Origin: Octopus vulgaris
Taxonomy: Eukaryota
Assembly: GCA_951406725.2 (NCBI GenBank)
Contig: OX597818.1
Location: 139,376,001 to 139,440,000 of the forward strand
DNA: 64,000 nt
Reading direction: 5' to 3'
The notes beneath the pieces are model-generated. The model saw only the letters and a list, made by a program, of their open reading frames with translations. It searched no databases and was not told where the DNA came from. The position numbers and the translations under genes were made by a program. Below, in pieces: positions 53,703 through 64,000 of the stretch (its first letter is position 1; every line of letters starts with the position of its first letter).

Positions 53703-55145
53703 TCAGATATATATAAATATATATAAGCATACATAAGTATATACACACACACACACACACGTAAATATATATATACACATATATATGTATGTATATATAG
53801 ATATACAAACATATGTGCGTATATATACATGTACATGAATATATACACATATGTATGTATATACATATATAGGGATAGACTTATGTATATATATACACAC
53901 ACACATACATATATAGTACCCTAAATATCTATATATGAATAGATATGTGTTTTGTGCGTGTGTATATATATATATATATATATATGCACACACACATATA
54001 TACACACACACACTCACACACATATATGATATATATCTGCATATACAAACATATATACATAAGCGAATATATATATTTATCGCTGACAACCACGTGACGA
54101 ACTTTGTAGTAAACCTAATTAGAATTCTATATCTAGATGCGTACACACACACACAAGCATACTCATAAACACGCACGTACAAGGGCGCACGTGCACACCA
54201 AATTGTATATATACACTAACACACATACATATATATACACACACACATACACACAAAACACACGTACACACACATACATAGATACGTAACTTTCAAGGTT
54301 ATTCTATTATTCTTTAAACTGAGGATGTTCACGTGAGTTACATGGTATTCTATGCTATTTTAGACATTTTTATCTGTTTCTTGTTTTATAAACTCAATCT
54401 AACAGCGCCGTCTAGTGGCGTGATCTAGTATAATATCACAACGTTGATGTTATACAGTATGTCTGCTCTGTTTTCACGTCAATTTAATAATCGTTGGCTG
54501 CATAAGAATCCGTATTATCGTCTTTATTTCTTCATCAGTATGTGACTGATTTGTATGCATGTATGTATGTATATGTACACACACGCACGAACGCACGTAC
54601 ACATACGAACACGCACGCACACACACGAACACACAAGCACATACACACGCAAATATGCATGCATGCAAGCATAAAGGTATCCATATATAGATATGCACTA
54701 TCGATATTAATATATAAATACATACATACCTATATACACATGTATATATTTATAAACAAGGAAATCCATCCGTCCATTCATAAACACACTCACATTCACA
54801 CACACGCGTCCGCGCACAAATAAAATAATTACTATTCTAATAAGCAGTGCCTAAATGATTTTGCAAGACGGTTATTTCCTAAGCATCACCAGAGAAAGAA
54901 TGAAACGGCTTCTGCTCTTGGGAACTGGTTGGTATCCTGCCATCTTCACTCCAGCACAACTGATTCACAAATCTGCCCTCCTACCATCATCAATATTGAG
55001 TCCTCAGTCTCTTGGTTCCTGCATTAATCACCTCGTCCAGTCTTGCTTATCCAGAACATCGGACCTCTCGAATTCCTTCATGGTTCATGTCATTCCAGCA
55101 GTCATCAAAATTCAATAATGATAAGTTAACGGTATGAGTTCCATC

Positions 55146-55377
55146 AAGGCGGCGAGCTGGCAGAAACGTTAGCACGCCGGGCGAAATGCATAGCGGTATT
55201 TCGTCTACGTTACGTTGTGCGTTCAAATTCCGCCGAGGTCGACTTTGCCTTTCATCCTTTCGGGGTCGATAAATTAAGCACCAGTTACGCACTGGGGTCG
55301 ATGTAATCGACTTAATACCTATGTCTGTCCTTGTTTGTCCCTTCTATGTTTAGCCCCTTGTGGGTAATAAAGAAATG
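55146..55377 (+). mobile_element. Full-length SINE family A with 15-bp TSD
   Basis: TSD ggtatgagttccatc at 55131-55145 and 55378-55392. Confidence 0.93.
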
Positions 55378-56103
55378 GGTATGAGTTCCATCGATCTCGT
55401 AGGACCTGTGGAGGCCTAGAAAAAGTCATGAATTTATGCATGGAGAGAGAGGGAGAGAGAGAGATGGAGGGAAGTCGAATATCGTACTTATTGCACATTC
55501 CTGTTGGATAATGTAAAGCAACACAGATTTGGAAGCACACATGTGTCCTCAGGTTAGACACTAGTTGTCCGTGATCAAGAATGAGGAGGATGCGGCCCAG
55601 TGACGTCTGTCTCTTGCGGTTGTGAGGCGCTGCTGTCTAAGCTCCTCAAAGGCTACAACAGGGTTGATGATTGACCTCCAGGTGGCCTGTTTGTGGCTGC
55701 GGTCTTGTGTTTGCGAGACTAGATGCCACATCACTTTAGGAATTTCAAAAGATTGGTACTCTACGTATGTAGTTTTATGTTATATGGAAGACTGAAGGAG
55801 TCGCATTGTGTATTGATACAAAATCATTGACGGAACGCCCGTCCGTCACACTTTTAAAAGCTGAGTGGGTTGGAGAACCACAAAATGGAGCAACATAAAA
55901 TGAAACACAACGTGCCGTATGGTTCAGATATCAAAAGCATAACCTTACGATCGTGTGTCCAACACCCTAGCCACTAAGCCGAACCTAAACGCAAATTCCA
56001 ATCCATTTATATTAGGAAAAAGATCTTCTAAACATACATACGTATATATATATATGTATGCGTGCACGCAAACGACACACACACACACACAAATACACAC
56101 ACA

Positions 56104-56174
<71 letters not shown>

Positions 56175-56288
56175 CGCACACACACACATACATACACACA
56201 CATGTATGCACGTATAATGATTCTTCCAAAATCTACACATAAATAAATCTATGTTTATTTATATATAATTTGTATGTACTTTGAAAGT

Positions 56289-56388
56289 NNNNNNNNNNNN
56301 NNNNNNNNNNNNNNNNNNNNNNNNNNNNNNNNNNNNNNNNNNNNNNNNNNNNNNNNNNNNNNNNNNNNNNNNNNNNNNNNNNNNNNNN
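56289..56388. other. Assembly gap
   Basis: 100 N bases. Confidence 1.
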
Positions 56389-56680
56389 TTCAGTTGCTCC
56401 CAGTTGCGCTCGCACGTTTTGTTGCCCATTTGTATCTATAGCTGTTACACTGCATCATATATGATGCTCTTAAAGGCACGAAATTGGGTATTAGTAATTT
56501 CGGATCATAACTGATGAAGGATTATGGCCCTCCTGTGTCTGTCCTATCTGTACCTTTTGTAGTAGTTAATGCATTTTTCATTTATGGAGTAACTGAACGC
56601 AACGCATCTCATCTCAACTTTTGTGAACAGTAGGTTTATATATACATATGTATATATATATATGTATATATATATATACA

Positions 56681-56724
<44 letters not shown>

Positions 56725-56865
56725 AAGAGAGAGAAAGAGAGAGAGCAAAAATTCGAGAAAAGTAAATATTTTACGATTTCCCTCTCTAATTTCAACTGCT
56801 TCACTCATGCTATTACCATAATTACTCCTACTTTCTCTTTATACAGAGGGAGAGAGAGAGAGAGC

Positions 56866-56901
<36 letters not shown>

Positions 56902-56980
56902 AAGAGAGAGAAATAGACGTTTAAGAAATTGTTTTGCAAAATTCCTAATGTGAACCAGTTTCAATGTGTTGAAAGAGTTA

Positions 56981-57313
56981 TTGTTATATTTCGGGATGGT
57001 TATTAAAACAAAAAAAATTCCATATATAACGCACTATGTTCTTCACTCGTTTGTTAATGCTCTTATTTTATATTATGTCCATTGTCTGGAAATCTTCCGC
57101 CACAGATCTGTGGCCCCTTCATCGACACCTAAGCGAAGCAGGAGGATACACGTGGATGGATATGGTAGGTGACGTGGTCACAGATGTGTGACAAAATATT
57201 TCCACACAATAGACATAAGATAAAAGAAGAACTTTAATAAACGAATGAAAAACGAATGTATAGTGCGTGTGTTTATTTGTCAAACAAAATATGACCCTCC
57301 AGAAATATAACAA
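56981..57313. repeat. Diverged inverted repeat of about 135 bp (same family as 4777-4953)
   Basis: Arms 56981-57115 and 57176-57313, both reading ttgttatatttc from the outer ends. Confidence 0.8.
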
Positions 57314-57322
57314 CATATATAT

Positions 57323-57554
57323 ATTTCTTTACTACCCACAAGGGGCCAAACACAGAGGGGACAAACAAGGACAGACAAAGAGATTAAGTCGATTACATCG
57401 ACCCCAGTGCATAACTGGTACTTAATATATCGACCCCGAAAGGATGAAAGGCAAAGTCGACCTCGGCGGAACTTGAACTCGGAATGTAAGGACAGATGAA
57501 ATACGGCTACGCATTTCGCCCGGTGTGCTAACGTTTCTGCTAGCTCGCCGCCTT
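57323..57554 (-). mobile_element. Full-length SINE family A
   Basis: Head, core and tail motifs. Flanking repeat atataacaacatatatatat at 57305 and 57575. Confidence 0.9.
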
Positions 57555-58073
57555 AAACATATATATATATATATATATAACAACATATATATATGTGTGT
57601 GTGTATATGTTTGTGTGTGTTTGTGTGTGTGGTGTGTGTGTGCGTGTGTGTGTGTATATGTTTGTGTGTGTGTGTGTGTATATTGATATACATGTATGCA
57701 TCTTAGAGTTGTACAGTTTTCTCTACGTATTGTCTGACATAGATTTGTTTTTAATTTTCTAATTAAAGCCAAAACAATGTGAGTTATAAGAATGGAAAAA
57801 AAAAATCAAATACAAGTCGATGGTTTGTACTTTTATGATGTATTTCAATATTGCAGCATTAGATTTACTGAAGACGGGTTCTTAACTACGAAATATTGAA
57901 AAGCACGGTAAAAGTACAAATCATTGAGTGGTATTATTTTTTTAACTTACAATTACTTTCGCCTGAAGAGGTGTATATATATATATATGTGTATATATAT
58001 ATATACACGCACACACATATAGTGTATGTGTGGGTGTATATACATGTATGTATTTCTACACACACACACACAG

Positions 58074-58147
<74 letters not shown>

Positions 58148-58190
58148 TTTATTATCATTAAAGCGCAAAAGCTGCATCAAAGCGGCAAAG

Positions 58191-58426
58191 AATGTGAAAC
58201 AAGGTGGGAAACAATTGTACTCGACTACCGGAGGCAGAGTAATATGTATTCTTATTATTAATGCAAAAGGATCACAAAAATATCACAAAATACTGCTACT
58301 CAGAGTTTCACGATCCAAATCGTCGGACACTTTCGGTTGAGAATCTAATCATTCTCAATAATAATAAAGTATATTACTCGACCTCCGGTATTCGAGCAGA
58401 AGTTTTTCCCCAGCTTGTTTCACATT
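58191..58426. repeat. Diverged inverted repeat of about 70 bp between (TA)n arrays, enclosing a degenerate hammerhead
   Basis: Arms 58191-58260 and 58357-58426. Minus 58330-58293 reads gtgt-CCGACGA-tttggatcgt-GAAAC-tctga-GTA-gcag. Confidence 0.75.
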
Positions 58427-58473
58427 TGGCTGGTTACTTTAGTGTATTTGGTTTAGATATATATTTGGTGTAC

Positions 58474-58531
<58 letters not shown>

Positions 58532-58719
58532 TAATACTAAGTAATTAAGGGTTCAGCAACGATTTGCCTCACCACACACCGAATTTAGAAATAGCAGTCA
58601 AAAAGTTTTGGCTATTCTTTCTACTTAAAAGGGAGATCCCAGTAAAACCAAAGCACTTAAAAAACAAACGACGCAGGTAAAAGAGAAAGAAATGACGAAA
58701 ATCATTCTATATTAAGTTA

Positions 58720-58810
58720 CCTACGGACGCACGTTTCGGAATTAAGTCATTGTAGAGCATAAAAAATAAATAATTATGTCTTACCTGACTATTTTCCTCC
58801 TCAGCGTAGG
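58720..58810 (-). ncRNA. Type I hammerhead ribozyme with canonical GUC site
   Basis: Minus strand: cctacg-CTGAGGA-ggaa aat agtca...tgact taa ttcc-GAAAC-gtgc-GTC-cgtagg. Helix I is 6 bp and helix II is extended. Confidence 0.85.
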
Positions 58811-58928
58811 ATTCTTCAATTATAAATAATTGCGTCTATATATATATATATGTACACACACAGACACACACTAATTTCAGTAACATATTAATTATCATAC
58901 CTTTCCTTAAAGCTAAAACATTCAACAT

Positions 58929-58970
<42 letters not shown>

Positions 58971-59434
58971 ACACAGACGCGCGCGCACACACACACACAC
59001 ACTCACACACACGCATATACACAGACGCGCACACATGCACATACACACATATTCTCTGACTCTGTCTCTGTCTCTGTCTGCCTATCTGTCTGTCTGTCTG
59101 TCTCTCTCTCTCTATATATATATATATACACACATGGATATGCATGTATATACATGTTTGTATGTGCTATAAAGTTGATCTTTGTCCTTGTACAAAAAGT
59201 ATTATATTTACTGAAGGTATTGAGTAACATCACTTTCTTAGTCATTTACATTTTACACACACTACACACACCTGCAGGCCCTACACACACATATGCTAAT
59301 GCATACATACGTCTGCCTATCTGTCTGTCTCTCTCTTTCTATACATAATATATACACTCATAGATCTGTGTGTGCGCGGTGTTTGTATTTGCTTGTGTGT
59401 ATTTCAGCACATTTAGTTACATCTATGTTTGACC

Positions 59435-59497
<63 letters not shown>

Positions 59498-59501
<4 letters not shown>

Positions 59502-59749
59502 CATTGAGAACCACTTCCCATTGCCAACCGGTGGTTGTCACACGCTAATCACGGATCATTACCCGGAAACTCACGTGAGGCTGGAGGTGGGAAAGTTGAC
59601 TTGCCTTTGCAAATACTGATAGGACACAGAAGGGGTGGGGGATGTATCCTTGGGCTACAAGCTGCAATAGCATCACGTGAGTTTCCGGGTAATGATCCGT
59701 GATTAGCGTGTGACAACCACGGGTTGGCAATGGATAGTGGTTCTCAATG

Positions 59750-59753
<4 letters not shown>
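59498..59753. mobile_element. MITE/foldback-like element with 81-bp inverted arms inside (TA)n
   Basis: Arms 59498-59578 and 59673-59753 with few mismatches, (TA)n on both sides. Confidence 0.88.
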
Positions 59754-59786
<33 letters not shown>

Positions 59787-60366
59787 TTTTTGCAGCTGGA
59801 GGTGCCTTCATGGGGCTACAAGCTAGTGTAACATCAACCCTTAAGAGCTAGCCACATTTAGGTGGCAAATATACTTCACGATGCCGTGCAGAGATTTATT
59901 ATATATATATATTTATATTATATACAAATATATATATATATAAAATATATATTTGTATATAACAGAAACATGTATATATAACATATATATATATGCACAC
60001 ATACATATATATATGTATGTATGTATATAATATATACACACACTCATACGTACACTCGTGCACACACACATACGTACACTCGTGCACACACACACACATT
60101 CAGACAACGTTTAAATTAGGATATGCTCATTAAGATACATATCAACTTAATTTCTCCCCGCTGACGTTCTGTTCTCATTCTGAATGAGAAGCATAAATCA
60201 ACGCATTCTACGATGGCCTGCCTCTAAGAAATTCCTTCCAAAATAATTTTTGTTTCAACAAATGTCATTTAGTGTGAACGATTTGGAATTGTAGAAATTC
60301 CAAGCAAATTCTTGTTTATGTATTATATGCTAGTTTGTCCTCCATTATGTTCAAGTAAACTGCAAC

Positions 60367-60426
60367 TTATTATTATTATTATTATTATTATTGTTGTTGT
60401 TGTTGTTGTTGTTATTGCTGTTGATC

Positions 60427-60496
<70 letters not shown>

Positions 60497-60545
60497 CAGT
60501 AGTAGTAGTATCATTATTATTATTGTTATTGTCGTTGTTGTTGAT
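60367..60545. repeat. Compound (TTA)/(TTG)/(TAG)n repeat
   Basis: Direct reading. Confidence 0.95.
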
Positions 60546-61051
60546 TGAAGAATATGGAGTAAATATAGAAAATCGTGGATTCGTATATAATTTCTTTGTC
60601 ATTTGTTTACAGGTAGAATTTATGCAGAAAACAATGGATGAATAATTAAGGTGTTAAAAACTCCACGTATTATTTTGTTATGTATGCAATAACTATGCCT
60701 GTCATCTAAGTACATGCGTGTATACATACTTTATTCTCTTTGCTTCTTTGTTTCTTTTATCTTATCTTATCCTATCTATCTATCTATCTATCTATCTACA
60801 TATTCATCTCTATCTGAAATGTGCATGTATTTAGATAGTTATACATACGTACATACATACATGCGTAAACACATACATATATATATATCTACATATATGT
60901 ACACACATACTCATATATGTAGATATGTATCTCTCTATAACTATATATCTCTATATATGGATGTGTGCGCTTGTGTCTATATGTGTGTACATATAGGTAT
61001 GCATATATAGATATTATGTATGTATGCTTCTAACTATATGAGTAAGCGTGC

Positions 61052-61110
<59 letters not shown>

Positions 61111-61654
61111 CATACATAAACATACATTCATGTCCCTGCTTGTTTTCTGCCCTACACAGGATTTTGTTTTTAAGAATTCCCAATAAGTTATGAATACCCA
61201 AAATGTGAAGTCAGTTATTTAGTAACATCAAATTTGTTACCCGGTAGAAAAATTCAAATAAAGTAGCCCTGAAAAGCGCTTTAATGCGTTCCCAGAGTAT
61301 ATAGAAATACTCTTAATGTATGTATACTAAAATCGTGAAGTATACTACGTAGTAACGAGCTAATCAGATATGAGATAATAGCAATTCAAAGTGGCGCTAG
61401 TGTTGGTATATTTGTGGATAATTCATTAACTGAAATATGTGGATCTATTGTTTAGTAAAATATTATTTACTTGTTTAAAGGTTGTAGTGAATAACAGTTT
61501 AAATATTAAAAAATAAGCATACTCAATTTGATTCATACCAAAAACTTCAGGGAAATGAATGGGTTATTTCCCTTTGCTAAATATAATGATCCATTCCAGG
61601 GGGTGAATGGGTTATTTCTCTTGGATATTAAAATATAATATATTAGTTATACAT

Positions 61655-61836
61655 AAGGAACCCTTCTAGGGGCCCTATTATCAATTTTTCCAACAATTTA
61701 AGTATGCCATGATGTTTCCAGAAATGGGTTCTACTCACGTGTCAAGTTTCATCAAAATCGATAAAACGATGTAGGAGGAGTTAGTTAACAACACCACAAA
61801 CACACCCAGAGACAGAATGTCCCACATATGTAGTAG
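61655..61836 (+). mobile_element. Possible non-autonomous Helitron/Helentron-like 3' portion
   Basis: gtcaagtttcatcaaaatcg...gtaggaggagtt...acag-rich stretch ending tagtag. Pattern resemblance only. Confidence 0.4.
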
Positions 61837-62269
61837 GTATATATAGTTAACAATAAATCCTGACACACAATATTGCTAGCCACCTTAATATTACTGTATA
61901 AAACGGTAATAATACAACAAAATTTTTCTTTTTTACGATAGTTTCTCTCAAACGGTGCGGAACGTTTAAAGTAAGAAATGCATTCGAGCTAACGTAGTGA
62001 ATATTTTAGAAATAGATGTTAAATGCTGTTTTCAACTGAAGATCGCTAATAGTTTTTATCATGCAAAGCGTGAAATCAATTGCTATTGAAATATGTATTA
62101 CTTATCTTTGTATTCCAATCAGAGGTAAGCCTATTTTTGAAATGTTCATTGCATTACTTGTGTGTTTCTTCATCGTAATTTTTAAGGTGGTTTTTAGAGC
62201 TATGGCATTGAATTTAGCAAGTGGTATTCATACCCTAATTTTCTTAAATTACTATATATATATATTTAT

Positions 62270-62668
62270 CTTTCTTTATCTTTTACTTGTTTCAGTTATT
62301 TGACTGCGGCCATGCTGGAGCACCGCCTTTAGTCGAGCAAATCGACCCCGCGACATATTCTTTGTAAGCCCAGTACTTATTCTATCGGTCTCTTTTGCCG
62401 AACCGCTAAGTGACGGAGACATAAACACACCAGCATTGGTTGTCAAGCAATGCTAGGGGGACAGACACAGACACACAAACACACACACATACATATATAC
62501 ATATATACGACAGGCTTCTTTCAGTTTCCGTCTACCAAATCCACTCACAAGGCATTGGTCGGCCCGGGGCTATAGCAGAAGACACTTGCCCAAGGTGCCA
62601 CGCAGTGGGACTGAACCCGGAACCATGTGGTTGGTTAGCAAGCTACTTACCACACAGCCACTCCTGCG

Positions 62669-62671
<3 letters not shown>
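62270..62671 (-). mobile_element. Full-length, well-preserved SINE family B
   Basis: A box tggctgtgtgg, B box ggttcagtccc, CORE-like caccttgggcaagtgtc, internal (TG)n and an A-rich tail. Inserted in (TA)n. Confidence 0.92.
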
Positions 62672-62714
<43 letters not shown>

Positions 62715-62872
62715 ATGAAACAACGTACTCCGGAGGAATTTAAATGCAATGTAATCCAAGTGTAGAGTAAGAAAGTCTATAAATTAGATAATCCAAATCA
62801 GTCGGAACAACGTAATGTGTCTACACACGTGCTATTGGTGATATTTTTCCTTCTCTAAACCTTTCCGATTGC

Positions 62873-62907
62873 TTTTCTGACGAAGAGCTATGCTGGAAAC
62901 ATCAAAA
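62873..62907 (+). ncRNA. Minimal hammerhead motif, slightly decayed
   Basis: tttt-CTGACGA-agagc tat gctg-GAAACATC-aaaa. Confidence 0.6.
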
Positions 62908-63004
62908 ACTCTCTCCTTTTACGGAGCTTCAAACAAATGCATTCCAACTGCATGTACTCCTGTTGCTTGTTATCGTTATTTTTTATGCTCGATTATTTGA
63001 TTTG

Positions 63005-63006
<2 letters not shown>

Positions 63007-63086
<80 letters not shown>

Positions 63087-63211
63087 CATATATATATATG
63101 TATATATGTACATATATATATATATATACATACATATAAATATAATATATATGCATATATATAAACATATATATATGTATGTGTGTATATATTCATTTCA
63201 ATCTATTTATC

Positions 63212-63281
<70 letters not shown>

Positions 63282-63400
63282 CATATACATATAATATACA
63301 TACATATATATATATATACATATATATATATATGTTTGTGTATGTATATATATATATATTCATTTCAATCTATTTATCTATTCATACATATATGTATATG

Positions 63401-63457
<57 letters not shown>

Positions 63458-63707
63458 ATATATGAAAGTATATGTATATACCCCTATATACACTACAGGT
63501 ATACGTTTACATACAAACGTATATATATATTTATACTTTTATATATATATATATATTTATATGAATAAATATGTAGATTAAAATAAATACCTATATATAT
63601 AGAAACATATACATATACATGTATATATATACATGTATATATTATATATATAAGTATATATATATGTATATATATACATATGTATATACATATATATATG
63701 CATATAC

Positions 63708-63756
<49 letters not shown>
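63007..63756. repeat. About 750-bp (TA)n-dominated tract
   Basis: Direct reading. Internal duplication of attcatttcaatctatttatcta at about 63191 and 63358. Confidence 0.97.
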
Positions 63757-63759
<3 letters not shown>

Positions 63760-63850
63760 ATCAGATAATCGATCATTAAAATACCAATAACAAGCAACAA
63801 GAGGACGGGTAGATGGGCTTTATTAGTTTGACACTCGGTAGAAGGAGAGG

Positions 63851-63887
63851 CTTTTGACGTTTCGAGTATAGATCTTCGTCAGAAAAG
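63851..63887 (-). ncRNA. Minimal hammerhead motif with GUC site
   Basis: Minus strand: ctttt-CTGACGA-agatc tat actc-GAAACGTC-aaaag. Confidence 0.68.
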
Positions 63888-64000
63888 GAATCGGAAAGGT
63901 TCAGTAAAGGAGAAATATCACCAACAGCACGTGTGTAAGCTTTAAGCTTATAAAAATACTGCTATCAATATATCTTATTTTATTTTTTTTTATTTTATCT

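Noticed and set aside
54855-55118. 87-aa ORF faintly resembling a LINE C-terminus (RT...NSF..IP)
   Set aside because: Too little motif support to assign.
56233-56514. ORFs spanning X residues
   Set aside because: Artefacts of the N gap.
56511-56540. CTGATGA core-like words, also at about 33838, 37534 and 15923
   Set aside because: No correctly placed GAAA and closing helices. Expected by chance.
57864-57900. CTGAAGA...GAAATATT hammerhead-like string
   Set aside because: Helix I and the cleavage-site geometry are not convincing. At most a heavily decayed copy, so it was not counted.

Overview
AT-rich, microsatellite-saturated animal genomic DNA with one 100-N scaffold gap at 56289-56388. 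The SINE families and the density of TA/TACA/TATC arrays suggest a coleoid cephalopod such as Octopus; this is inferred from repeat style, not proven. No intact host protein-coding gene is evident, and almost all listed ORFs are translations of simple repeats. Recognisable content: at least four tRNA-derived SINE families (several with clear target-site duplications), decayed mariner and piggyBac transposons, Tigger-, hAT- and mariner-type MITEs, fragments of an R4/Dong-like and an RTE-like LINE, and a degenerate tRNA-iMet. The most striking signal is about 15 intact or decayed type I hammerhead-ribozyme motifs (CUGANGA...GAAA...UH) from several short non-coding families. They lie in or next to (TA)n or (TATC)n arrays and often form inverted or palindromic structures, including a 306-bp spacerless palindrome with a hammerhead on each strand. 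These look like Penelope-like-element or retrozyme-type footprints. Also notable are a long heat-shock-element array with TATA and initiator, and four candidate minus-strand exons. All motif calls were made by eye; no database search or folding computation was run.
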